NCBI GenBank assembly: GCA_965207375.1
Contig: OZ242274.1
Coordinates: 768,001-832,000 of the forward strand
Source of the DNA: Nitrosopumilaceae archaeon
Lineage (GTDB): Archaea; Thermoproteota; Nitrososphaeria; Nitrososphaerales; Nitrosopumilaceae
DNA: 64,000 bases
Reading direction: 5' to 3'
Below the pieces are notes generated by a model. It worked only from the letters and a program-made list of their open reading frames with translations, did no database searches and was not told the origin of the DNA. This document shows positions 49,084-58,759 of this stretch, one piece after another. The position numbers and the translations under genes were made by a program. Each line of letters opens with the position of its first letter. Within the stretch, counting starts at the first letter, position 1.

Positions 49084-50052
49084 TTGAGCAAACTTCCAAC
49101 ATTTTCTAGCAAGGCATTTTTGGCACCCATGGCAGGTGTCAGTGATCCTGCATTAAGACTAGTCTGTAAAAAACGCGGTGCAGGATTAGTTGTCACCGAA
49201 TTTACAAGCATTCACAGTATTGTGGCAAAACAAAGGGAACTTGCATCAGAGGACTCTGACATTACTGATTTTCTTCAATTCTCCAAGCGAGAACGCCCAC
49301 TCTCGGTCCAGCTGTTTGGCTCAGATCTGAACGCATTATCAAAAGCTGCAACCATTGTAGAGCCTCACTTTGACATAATTGATTATAATATGGGATGCCC
49401 CGCACCGCACATTACACAGCAAATGGCAGGCGGAGCATTACTTGCAGAGTCAAATCTTACAAGACGCATCTTTAGAACCTTAGTTGAGGCAGTTGATAAA
49501 CCAGTTACACTGAAAATGAGGGCAGGCGTTACTGATGCTAGCAAACACTTGTTTTTAGATATTGCAAAAATTGCAGAGGAAGAAGGAATTCAAATGATAA
49601 CACTGCATCCTAGGACCGTAAAACAGGGATATTCTGGAGTGGCAGATTGGTCATTAATTGAAGAGCTAAAGTCTGTATCCAGTATACCAATTGTTGGCAA
49701 CGGCGATATTGATTCTCCTCAAAAGGCAAAAGACATGCTAGAAAATACGGGATGTGATTATGTCATGGTAGGCAGGGGCGCAATGGGAAATCCGTTGATT
49801 TTTGAACAGATCAATGATCTTCTAAATACGGGAACGTATACTGATTATTCTATTGGCAAACGCCTAGAGGCGTTTTTTGAATATCTTACATATGCAAAAC
49901 AATACCGAATCAAGTTCTCAAAAATCAAAGGTCATGCGATGAATTTTACTAAAGGTGCAACCGGTGCATCCAAACTGCGTGCAAAAATAACACAGGCAAA
50001 ATCCATCAACGAACTGCAAGACATTATGAAAATACCAGTGCCAGCATTATGA
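49084..50052 (+). CDS. dus: tRNA-dihydrouridine synthase (DusB-like)
   Basis: LAPMAGVSD, VQLFG, NMGCP, TLHPRT, GNGDI, VMVGRGA.GNP. Confidence 0.92.
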   Translation: MSKLPTFSSKAFLAPMAGVSDPALRLVCKKRGAGLVVTEFTSIHSIVAKQRELASEDSDITDFLQFSKRERPLSVQLFGSDLNALSKAATIVEPHFDIIDYNMGCPAPHITQQMAGGALLAESNLTRRIFRTLVEAVDKPVTLKMRAGVTDASKHLFLDIAKIAEEEGIQMITLHPRTVKQGYSGVADWSLIEELKSVSSIPIVGNGDIDSPQKAKDMLENTGCDYVMVGRGAMGNPLIFEQINDLLNTGTYTDYSIGKRLEAFFEYLTYAKQYRIKFSKIKGHAMNFTKGATGASKLRAKITQAKSINELQDIMKIPVPAL

Positions 50053-50840
50053 AGACGCGTCTTTACGTCATTGCTATAATTGCTGCCTTTGTCCTGATTT
50101 TATCAAACGCATTTTATGGTCACGAGCTGTTTTCTGCAAATCATCCCGAAGATATCAGCAAATATTCCATCTATGTTCATTTGCAACCAGAATGGTCTAG
50201 CCATCCAAGCAATCTGCTCTTTGAGGTCACCAACGTATGGAACAACAAGAATGCATCTGAGACGATATACTATGATGAGTTATCTGAGATTCCAGCATTA
50301 GATGAGCACAATTACAACCAATTACAATACATTGGAAAAAAATCATTTGTTGAACTAAAACACAGATTTAGTGACTGTCACAGTAATTGGCAACCCATTT
50401 TGTACAGATATGCCATTGATTCTCTACAAAATCAATTTGCGATTATGGGCGGTGCTGCAATCGATGAACACCCTTATGCAATAATGTATACCAATGTTTC
50501 TTTGATCTCTGGATTGTACGATTATGCTACCGGATATGTTCAATTCATTCCAATCTGTACCTCTGAAGAGACTACCTCCTACAAATATAGTGTAAAAATT
50601 AATGATGCAGATGTTGCTTTTGATGTTTTTTTTGTAAACGACACTATTAGCTATACAAAATTCATTGAAAATCCCGACACAATTGATCATTTTTACACGC
50701 AGGGATGTTTTGGCCTATCGCGTACAAGCTTTAGTGGACAATGCCAAGACATTTCAAAGGATGCGGGTCTTTTGATATGGATTCCAGACGATCTTAATCT
50801 CTCCTTGACTAAAATCATTGTCAATCTGCGTGAGGTCTAG
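50049..50840 (+). CDS. Hypothetical exported or membrane-anchored protein
   Basis: N-terminal hydrophobic helix; 4-bp overlap with dus. Confidence 0.72.
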   Translation: MKTRLYVIAIIAAFVLILSNAFYGHELFSANHPEDISKYSIYVHLQPEWSSHPSNLLFEVTNVWNNKNASETIYYDELSEIPALDEHNYNQLQYIGKKSFVELKHRFSDCHSNWQPILYRYAIDSLQNQFAIMGGAAIDEHPYAIMYTNVSLISGLYDYATGYVQFIPICTSEETTSYKYSVKINDADVAFDVFFVNDTISYTKFIENPDTIDHFYTQGCFGLSRTSFSGQCQDISKDAGLLIWIPDDLNLSLTKIIVNLREV

Positions 50841-51851
50841 CTATTTTCCTATCCATCCCAGCCTTCTAAAGTAAATTATCATTAAAATGGCAGGTATTGC
50901 CGAAGCTAAAATTATCAAAATAAATGTCTGATATCCACCCAACTCTGTCTCATCGTCTGCACCTCCGGGTAAGCTTACATTCATTCCATAAAATGTTCCA
51001 ATTACTGTAGCAGGAATGGCTAGTGTAAAAATTATTGTCAATGCTGCTAGTACCTTGTTTGTCTTTTCTGTACTGAGCATAAAGTCAGTATCCTTGTAAA
51101 TTTCCATTGTTTCCCTTGATTCTTCTAATGATTCAATTACTTTGTTAATGTGGTCTATGACGTCATCAAAGTATAGTTCCAAATCTTCTTCAGTCTCTGA
51201 GAAATGCTTTATCTTTTCTCCTATTTCCAAAACAAATCGCTTTAGCGGATTTACAATCCTTCGTACCATGTTTATCTCCCTTCTTAAGATTGAAATGCTT
51301 CTTGCAGCAGATTTTGTTTCATCAAATACTCCATCTTCGATATCATCTAGATTTGCAATTATTCGGCGTGAGGTGTGAAGCAAATCATCCACTAGTACAT
51401 CGATAATCTCATGAAGCAGCACTCCTGGGGATTTTCCCAATAACCTCTCTTTTCTTTCTGGATCAACTTCGTTTTGACAGATATCTGCTATATCCACTAG
51501 GGGTTTTAGATCCCCCTGATGAATCGTAACTAGAAAATCCCTACCTACAAATATTGATAATTGACTGTATCTTTGCATTCTTTTTCTAGTCAATGGGGGA
51601 AAATGTAAAATTACAAAAAAGTGATTGTTATAGCTATCAAGCTTTGGCAATTCAAATTTTGTCATACAGTCTTCTATGTTTAATTCATTGAATTGATATT
51701 TGGCTGCAAGCTCTTCTACATCCTTTCTGTCTGGATTCTGTAAATTGATCCAGGAAAATTTAGAGCCTGAAATGTTTTCGATTTTTCTGTCGATTATGTA
51801 GTTTTCTGATTTTTTTCCAGAACGTAATCTGTCAGTAAAACTGCGTTTCAA
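50841..51851 (-). CDS. corA: CorA-family Mg2+/Co2+ transporter
   Basis: FYGMN motif and two C-terminal TM helices. Confidence 0.93.
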   Translation of the reverse strand: MKRSFTDRLRSGKKSENYIIDRKIENISGSKFSWINLQNPDRKDVEELAAKYQFNELNIEDCMTKFELPKLDSYNNHFFVILHFPPLTRKRMQRYSQLSIFVGRDFLVTIHQGDLKPLVDIADICQNEVDPERKERLLGKSPGVLLHEIIDVLVDDLLHTSRRIIANLDDIEDGVFDETKSAARSISILRREINMVRRIVNPLKRFVLEIGEKIKHFSETEEDLELYFDDVIDHINKVIESLEESRETMEIYKDTDFMLSTEKTNKVLAALTIIFTLAIPATVIGTFYGMNVSLPGGADDETELGGYQTFILIILASAIPAILMIIYFRRLGWIGK

Positions 51852-52012
51852 GTTGTCTGGTAGCTTTATACTACAAATTTAAAGCGATCGTTTTGATCAT
51901 GCCTAAATTTCCATATAAAAAATCCCTTGGTTGATATGTTGCATTATTTGGGGGAAATGCATTTGTAGATCTTAGGGTGTTGCAATGGCAGTATCTGGTA
52001 TTGAGTATAGTG

Positions 52013-52263
52013 ATCAGATAATCAAAATGTGGTCAAAATCCACCCAAAAATGTAGAGATCAATAGGGGTGACTCGATGATTTTTGTTGTCAAGACAAAAA
52101 ACCAGATCCTGTGAACTATAAAACAATCCACGATTATATCAAGATGCGAAATAGAATCAGGATACGGCAAACTAGTTTTCAAAGTACAAATAGATTTTGA
52201 ATTAATATGTCAGTCCAAGCCGCCGTTAGTGTAAGGATTTAGCTCACATTTTGCTTAACTGAT
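52013..52263. mobile_element. MITE-like element, 251 bp, 29-bp imperfect TIRs
   Basis: 52013-52041 vs reverse complement of 52235-52263: 24/29; no ORF; related ends at 55019, 55559, 6228. Confidence 0.6.
52123..52221 (+). repeat. 99-bp inverted repeat, left arm
   Basis: 97/99 to the reverse complement of 55060-55158. Confidence 0.92.
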
Positions 52264-52434
52264 TACAAAGTAGAAAATACAGAATTTAGATGTGGCATTA
52301 ACATTTTTTTGATTATGTTTTGAATTTGTTCCCAAAGTCATCGGGACTCTAGAATTACAGTACCCATCTGTTTTATTGACAAACTCGTGGCAGTTAGTAT
52401 AAAAAAGCCGTTATAGACATGATTTGCAGGTAGA

Positions 52435-54138
52435 TTGGACGAGATAAAAAAGGAAATACGAAGGTTTGCCTTACAGAATGCTTCAGAGCATGATGGCAAG
52501 ACCAAAGACAAGGTAATTTTGGCAAAGATCCTAGGCACATTGCCAGAATTTAGAACAAGGGTTAAAGAAATTTCAATTCAAATTGCGCCAATAGTTGAGG
52601 AAATAAATAATTTAACAGTGTCACAACAAAAAGAGCAATTACAAAGGGATTTTCCAGATAGGGTTGAAAAAGAAAAACCCAAGCAGCAGACCCCGTTGCC
52701 TCAGTTAGAGGAGGCAATAAAGGGAAATGTCGTCACGAGATTTCCTCCGGAACCAAATGGCTATCCACACATAGGACATGCCAAGGCTGCAATAATTAAT
52801 TCAGAATATGTCAACATGTATGGAGGGAAAAAGATTCTCAGGTTTGATGATACAAATCCAGAAAGTGAAAGAAGAGAGTTCTATGCTGCAATCAAGGTAG
52901 GCTTGGACTGGTTGGGAATAAAATACGATACAGAAAAAAATACTTCAGATGACATTAAATTGATTTACCAAAAGGGATTGTACCTTATCAAGCAAGGCAA
53001 GGCCTATGTCTGCACATGCAAGCGTGACGATATGAGTAAAAACAGACGGGAGATGAAATCCTGTAAATGCAGTACATTAGATGATGGCAAAACACTAGAC
53101 AGATGGTACAAGATGTTTGAAAAATTCAAGCAGGGTGATGCGGTTGTAAGATTTCGCGGAGACATGCAATCAGACAATACTGTCATGAGAGATCCAGTGC
53201 TGTTTAGAATAATAGATGCAAAACATCCCCTAGTTGGAGAGCAGTACAGAGTCTGGCCCAGCTACGATCTAGCAGTTGCAATTGAGGACAGTATCGAAGG
53301 AGTTACACATGCATTTAGATCAAAAGAGTACGAATTAAGAAATGAGCTATACTATGCAATTCTTGAGGCTTTAGATATGAGAAAACCAAAAATGCTAGAA
53401 TTTTCACGCCTAGCATTTAAAGGGATGCCGGTATCCAAACGGGTTTTAAAACCACTCATAGAGGAGGGAAAGGTTTCATGGTATGATGATCCAAGATTGC
53501 CCACACTAGAAGCAATAAGAAGAAGGGGGATCAGACCAGAGGCGGTAAAAAAATTCATCCTATCTTTGGGCTTTACAAAATCAGATACCTTGGCACCATT
53601 TGATGCATTGGAGGCCTTTAATCGAAAAATAATCGATGCAGATTCTATCAGACTCGGCATGGTACAAGACCCGAAAAAAATAATTATTTCAAATCCGCCT
53701 GATTCAGCAATCCAAGTACAGAATCACCCTACAGCAAATATGGGAAAAAGACAGATCAATGTTGGAAACTCTGTACTTGTTTCATCAAAAGATTGCAGCA
53801 ATATTAGAACAGGCGATAAATTACGATTGATGGGATTTGGCAACATAGACATTACAAAAACAGGAATCGACTTGGAGGCACGATACATCGGAGATGACAC
53901 AAGCATTGATTGTCCAAAAATACAATGGATTCCCTTTGAGACTGCACATAAAATCAGGATTTTAATTCCAAAGCCACTGTTCATAAACGACGAATACAAT
54001 GAGAATAGTCTAGAGGAAATTGACGCATACGTTGAACCTCACTATTTGGAGCTAAAAGATGACGCCTCGATCCAATTTATCAGGTTTGGCTATTGCAGAC
54101 GAGATTCTAGAAGCCAGGCAATATATACGCACAAGTGA
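52435..54138 (+). CDS. gltX: Glutamate--tRNA ligase
   Basis: RFPPEPNGYPHIGH, RFDDTNP, VSKR, DDPRLPT, QFIRFGY. Confidence 0.96.
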   Translation: MDEIKKEIRRFALQNASEHDGKTKDKVILAKILGTLPEFRTRVKEISIQIAPIVEEINNLTVSQQKEQLQRDFPDRVEKEKPKQQTPLPQLEEAIKGNVVTRFPPEPNGYPHIGHAKAAIINSEYVNMYGGKKILRFDDTNPESERREFYAAIKVGLDWLGIKYDTEKNTSDDIKLIYQKGLYLIKQGKAYVCTCKRDDMSKNRREMKSCKCSTLDDGKTLDRWYKMFEKFKQGDAVVRFRGDMQSDNTVMRDPVLFRIIDAKHPLVGEQYRVWPSYDLAVAIEDSIEGVTHAFRSKEYELRNELYYAILEALDMRKPKMLEFSRLAFKGMPVSKRVLKPLIEEGKVSWYDDPRLPTLEAIRRRGIRPEAVKKFILSLGFTKSDTLAPFDALEAFNRKIIDADSIRLGMVQDPKKIIISNPPDSAIQVQNHPTANMGKRQINVGNSVLVSSKDCSNIRTGDKLRLMGFGNIDITKTGIDLEARYIGDDTSIDCPKIQWIPFETAHKIRILIPKPLFINDEYNENSLEEIDAYVEPHYLELKDDASIQFIRFGYCRRDSRSQAIYTHK

Positions 54139-54144
54139 TCAGAT

Positions 54145-55014
54145 ATGAAGATAGCCAGATTAGGATATGAAAATAAGGAAACCTATGGCATTGTAAGGGG
54201 AGACAAGGTTGCAACAAGGGATGAGATAATTTATTCCACAGGAGTTCCAATTCCTACAAGCATTAAGGATTTTTTATTTGACGGATGGCTAGAAGAGATC
54301 AAATCAAATCTATCAGAGATCAAATATGCAGCCGAGCTGTCCAAATACAGAATTTTACACCCCATTGCCAATCCTGCAAAGATTGTGTGTCTAGCGTTTA
54401 ACTATGTTGACCATGCAAAAGAGCAAAATCTGAGTCCCCCAAAAGACCCCGCACTAGTCATCAAACCAAGAACTGCACTGACAGGTACAAATTCAGACAT
54501 CGTCTATCCAGAATTTGTAACGAAATTAGATTACGAGGTGGAACTAGCTCTAGTCATGGGTAAAACCGTCAAAAATATAGAAGTATCAAAGGTAGAAGAT
54601 GCCATATTTGGATACATGGTATTCAACGATGTGTCTGCAAGAGACCTGCAATTCAAAGACGGGCAGTTTACAAGGGGAAAGGGATGTGATACGTTTGCAC
54701 CATGCGGGCCATGGATTACAACAAAAGACGAGATTGTAAATCCGCATGAGCTAAAACTTGTGACAAAGATTAACGGTAAGTTAAGACAGAATTCATCCAC
54801 AAGCAACATGTTTATCAAAATTCCAGAAATCGTTTCAAAGATAAGTAAATGCATGACAATTGAGAGAGGAGACATAATTTCAACTGGGACACCTGCAGGA
54901 GTAATGTTGAACAAGCCTGGTGCGGTATTTTTAAAAGATGGGGACGAAATAGAGATGGAGATAGAAAATTTGGGAAAGCTGTACAACACGGTAAGAAAAG
55001 CAAGTGCATCTTGA
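54145..55014 (+). CDS. Fumarylacetoacetate hydrolase family protein
   Basis: NYVDH, DYEVEL, NDVSARDLQ, GDIISTGTPAGV. Confidence 0.93.
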   Translation: MKIARLGYENKETYGIVRGDKVATRDEIIYSTGVPIPTSIKDFLFDGWLEEIKSNLSEIKYAAELSKYRILHPIANPAKIVCLAFNYVDHAKEQNLSPPKDPALVIKPRTALTGTNSDIVYPEFVTKLDYEVELALVMGKTVKNIEVSKVEDAIFGYMVFNDVSARDLQFKDGQFTRGKGCDTFAPCGPWITTKDEIVNPHELKLVTKINGKLRQNSSTSNMFIKIPEIVSKISKCMTIERGDIISTGTPAGVMLNKPGAVFLKDGDEIEMEIENLGKLYNTVRKASAS

Positions 55015-55059
55015 GTTAATCAGCTAAGCCAAATGTGGCCCAAATCCTACCATAGCTGA

Positions 55060-55158
55060 GGCTTGGACTGACATATTAATTCAAAATCTATTTGTACTTT
55101 GAAAACTAGTTTACCGTGTCCTGATTCTATTTCGCATCTTGATATAATCGTGGATTGT
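55060..55158 (-). repeat. 99-bp inverted repeat, right arm (weaker similarity extends to 55019)
   Basis: See left arm. Confidence 0.92.
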
Positions 55159-55190
55159 ACCATGACACAATGGTAGATACTGTATTTTAG

Positions 55191-55261
55191 TGGACTAGCC
55201 GGGTATCGATCCCAGATCTCCTAGGTTTCAGTTAGGGACATGTCCTTCATGCTACTAGCCC
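55191..55261 (-). tRNA. Atypical tRNA-like gene: Ala-type acceptor (G3:U70, A73) with GAA anticodon
   Basis: GGGCTAG TA GCAT-GAAGGAC-ATGT C CCTAA-CTGAAAC-CTAGG AGAT CTGGG-ATCGATA-CCCGG CTAGTCC A; 71-nt cloverleaf with an A31:C39 mismatch. Confidence 0.72.
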
Positions 55262-55300
55262 ACACGATTTTATGAAAAACAGTGTAAATGTATTAGGTTC

Positions 55301-55405
55301 CAATTGACGTACATACTCAGGTCGTAAATTTTTCAGATATGAAATTTTCATGCCTGTTCAAAATCTAGGCATAGAATCATAGGCGACCTGAGTATGTGCC
55401 AATTG
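55301..55405. repeat. Long imperfect palindrome / hairpin
   Basis: acatactcaggtcg (55311-24) / cgacctgagtatgt (55384-97); inner atgcct/aggcat; outer caattg at both ends. Confidence 0.7.
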
Positions 55406-55904
55406 ACCGTATTGTAGAATATAGTAAATCAAAGACATATATCATAGATTAGATAACATATCATAAGGTTTCAGTTGGGGTTAGTCAACGTGCTAATCTC
55501 TTTTTTCAGTTTTACTTGGTTGATAGTAATTGTATAAACTCCAGACATCAATTTCAGACAGCTAAGCAAAATGTGGATAAAATAGGTCAAAATCTACCAC
55601 AAAGTGCAAAGAACAACAGGGATAGATTAAGAATTTGGGTTACATTTCGCTAGCTACACACAGCTATTGTGTTATATAATGGCTCATCTTCACTATGATC
55701 TCTCCGTTACGTAACATCTTCAATATGTATTTCTTAATTTCATTTGCAGCATCGTGTAATAATTTCAAAAAAATTGAAATTGTAGATTCTCCTATTATGG
55801 TGTTTCTCATGCCTGATTGCGCAGATTCTGGGTTCAATTCTTTTTTAAAATTCTTGCCCATACTATATAGAACTTGTATGTAATCAGTTATACTAGATGC
55901 AATA

Positions 55905-56726
55905 CTAGACAAATTTGGCAAAAATATACGGCGTGTCTTTGGACTCTCTAAATGTCCATGCAGTTGGCAAGGACAGCATCTTGATGACTTTAAGACTGTT
56001 ATCTTTTATCAGATTTCCCCATCCTGCTGTATACTCACTATTTGCATATTTTCTAGAATGCGTGCCTGCAAACACAAATCCTACATTCTGTTTTAAATTC
56101 AAATTTGTAATTTTTTCAATTATACTGCATGCTAAAATAGTTCCTCCCATCTGAGCTAATCCTCCAATGAAAAACACTGGTCTTTCTAATTTTAACTGCT
56201 CTAAGTCCATTATTACTGCATCCTTACAATGAGGCCTGAAATCAACACTCGTCTCTTTTGATATGGTCTTTTGCAGCTCTACTAGTTGTTGGTCTATTTC
56301 AACACTATATGTGTCAAGACCTAAAACTTTGGCACAATATGCAATTCTTCCATCTCCAGAACCTATGTCTACAATTTCATTAAATCCAAACTCTTTTGCC
56401 TGCAATACTGCAATAAATGCAGAAACAATCCATGTAGGTGAAAACGGCGCATGGCTGGCATCATGGCTTATGCTGTTTAGCCAGTATCTGTTAATGTCTC
56501 CCTCATATGCTGTATATTTTCTCCCCGCAATGTCTTTTTCATACGATTCATAATAGATAGGATTTTTTGACGCAAACAAATGAAGCATCTTTAGAAATTT
56601 TTCCTCTATGAACAGCTCATTTGACTGTTGTGCAGGAATTACCTCCCAAACGTTGCCGCCTCTGTCATGATTTTTGACAAATTCTGTCTTTATGCTACAT
56701 AAATTCTTGGATGCCTGTTCAATCAT
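55905..56726 (-). CDS. Putative SAM-dependent methyltransferase
   Basis: VDIGSGDGRIA, SVEID. Confidence 0.72.
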   Translation of the reverse strand: MIEQASKNLCSIKTEFVKNHDRGGNVWEVIPAQQSNELFIEEKFLKMLHLFASKNPIYYESYEKDIAGRKYTAYEGDINRYWLNSISHDASHAPFSPTWIVSAFIAVLQAKEFGFNEIVDIGSGDGRIAYCAKVLGLDTYSVEIDQQLVELQKTISKETSVDFRPHCKDAVIMDLEQLKLERPVFFIGGLAQMGGTILACSIIEKITNLNLKQNVGFVFAGTHSRKYANSEYTAGWGNLIKDNSLKVIKMLSLPTAWTFRESKDTPYIFAKFV

Positions 56727-57147
56727 GGCCTAATTCTTTGTCATACTGTTTAACAAATTCTTTTGTACTTAACATCTCTCTCAACCTGTCAAATGCTTTG
56801 CCCTCATCTTTTATCTCCTGTTTTGTTTTTGCCTGACTATTCGTACTCAGCTCCCTTGTGAGGGTCTTGATTTTTTCTGACAGTTGCTCAAGAATTCTTG
56901 GATGAATCTGCACATCAAACTCTTTTTTAATTAACATATTCGCACCTGTAATTCTTTGTAAAATTTCTGTCTGTTTATCTGATTGCGGCTTTAAGGCCTT
57001 GATGATACAGGATATGCTGATTACCTGATAATAGATCTGTACAATTTCATCGATTTTTAACTCTACATTAGATGCCTTTTTGATAGAGTCTCTCAAACCT
57101 ACTAACTGTTCATCAAGCATCTCAGCTGTTTGTCCTTTTGGTGTCAT
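56719..57147 (-). CDS. Hypothetical helical protein
   Basis: 142-aa ORF tightly coupled within the operon. Confidence 0.72.
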   Translation of the reverse strand: MTPKGQTAEMLDEQLVGLRDSIKKASNVELKIDEIVQIYYQVISISCIIKALKPQSDKQTEILQRITGANMLIKKEFDVQIHPRILEQLSEKIKTLTRELSTNSQAKTKQEIKDEGKAFDRLREMLSTKEFVKQYDKELGHD

Positions 57148-57149
57148 TT

Positions 57150-58127
57150 CTAAACACTTCTTTTTACAACAAAATCTAGCAGTGATACCATGTCATTTTT
57201 TGCAGTATTGTCGTATTTTTCTAGAGACCTTTGTGCCCTTTTGGCATACTTTAGGGCCTGTTTGCGTATTGTATCCTCTATGTTTAATGTTCGTATTGCA
57301 TCTACTGCAGCTTCCAGATCCTGTCTGCTAGCTTTTGAGTTTCCAAAACAGCCCAAAATTGTTTTTTTACTATTTCCTGTTGCCTTGTTAATTGCCATAA
57401 TTATCGGAAGTGATTTTTTACCCTCCCTCAAATCATTGCCCACAGGTTTTTTGGTAATTTTTGGTTCTCCCATAACTCCAATCAAATCATCTGTAATCTG
57501 AAACGCTATCCCCAGATTTCTTCCAAACAAAGACATCTTTGTAATGTCATCTGATTTTCCATTTGCACATATTGCCCCCATTGCACATGAGACATCAAAC
57601 AATGCGGCAGTTTTTTTACTGATCATGGTGATGTATTGTGATACCGTTGGAATTTTTTTCTCCTTGGACATTTTGATGTCAAGAACCTGACCCTCACAGA
57701 CCTGCACACATGCCTTTGACAATCTTGAGAGCAACTCCATTGAATTTTCCGGAGATATTGATGATTTTGATACAGTTTGAAATGCCTTTGAAAATAGTAC
57801 ATCTCCTGCAAGTATTGCAAGTGCATCATCATATTTTTTATGCACTGTTGCAACCCCGTGCCGCACATCATCATTATCCATTATATCATCATGAACTAGT
57901 GTGAAATTATGCACCATTTCTATTGCGCCTGCTGCAAACATGGCCCTGTTGGCAGAACCTCCCAAAATTTGACAGCTTTTAATTACCATAAACGGACGCA
58001 GTCTCTTACCGCCATTTTCAATCAGGTGTGCTGCTGCCCTGTAAAGTATCTTAGGCTCTCCCTTTATTTTTGATAAGATATATCTATTTACCGTTTTTGC
58101 ATTATTCTTTATAGCCTCTTCATTCAT
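57150..58127 (-). CDS. idsA: Geranylgeranyl diphosphate synthase (polyprenyl synthetase)
   Basis: GGKRLRP, HDDIMD..RHG, GQ..D, KTA, FQITDD, DLREGK. Confidence 0.94.
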   Translation of the reverse strand: MNEEAIKNNAKTVNRYILSKIKGEPKILYRAAAHLIENGGKRLRPFMVIKSCQILGGSANRAMFAAGAIEMVHNFTLVHDDIMDNDDVRHGVATVHKKYDDALAILAGDVLFSKAFQTVSKSSISPENSMELLSRLSKACVQVCEGQVLDIKMSKEKKIPTVSQYITMISKKTAALFDVSCAMGAICANGKSDDITKMSLFGRNLGIAFQITDDLIGVMGEPKITKKPVGNDLREGKKSLPIIMAINKATGNSKKTILGCFGNSKASRQDLEAAVDAIRTLNIEDTIRKQALKYAKRAQRSLEKYDNTAKNDMVSLLDFVVKRSV

Positions 58128-58758
58128 GTACGTGCCTCCACTGTGACTCTGGCAAATGTACTTTTATTGATTCTGCTATTTTTTCTTTGATTTGCGGCAC
58201 CCTCCAAGACTCTAAAACCTTTTTGTGCTTTTGCATAACTTTTGACTTTGAAATATCTAGAAAATACAATGCTATTAGCATCCACGGACAGTAGATTTCT
58301 GGCTGCTTTTTTAACTCGGTAATCAGTTGCTCTGCTGAAACCCACCTTATTTCGCTGATTTCATCTTCAATTATGTCAAACCTTGTATCTTCTGCTATGA
58401 TCCCCATTAGCGTACCGCATATTTCATTTTCCGAACCCACATCCTTGTATGGCACATGATATTCAAATTTGAATAAATAATCCATCTTGCACTCTAGTCC
58501 CATCTCTTCGGGCATTCTTCTTTCTGATGATGATACATAAGTTTCACCCTCCCTTGGATGACTAGCAAATGTTCCATCCCAGTATCCTGGCCACAGCATT
58601 TTTTTCTGGCTACGCCTTGTCAAGACCAGCCTACCATTTTGATCAAAAAGCAATGCAGTAAAGGCACGATGCAGTTTTCCATCAGGAAGGTGACATGCCA
58701 CCTTTTCCTCTGTACCTATTTTGCAGTCTTTGTCATCTACTAGAATCACATATTCCAT
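58120..58758 (-). CDS. idi: Isopentenyl-diphosphate delta-isomerase, type 1 (Nudix)
   Basis: CH..GKLHRAF, WPGYWD..ASHP, ENEIC, CPW; start MEYVIL. Confidence 0.92.
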   Translation of the reverse strand: MEYVILVDDKDCKIGTEEKVACHLPDGKLHRAFTALLFDQNGRLVLTRRSQKKMLWPGYWDGTFASHPREGETYVSSSERRMPEEMGLECKMDYLFKFEYHVPYKDVGSENEICGTLMGIIAEDTRFDIIEDEISEIRWVSAEQLITELKKQPEIYCPWMLIALYFLDISKSKVMQKHKKVLESWRVPQIKEKIAESIKVHLPESQWRHVHE

Positions 58759-58759
58759 T

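Noticed and set aside
55664-55921. 85-aa minus-strand ORF after the methyltransferase
   Set aside because: No recognisable motif and adjacent to repeat debris; may be a gene fragment but is unsupported.
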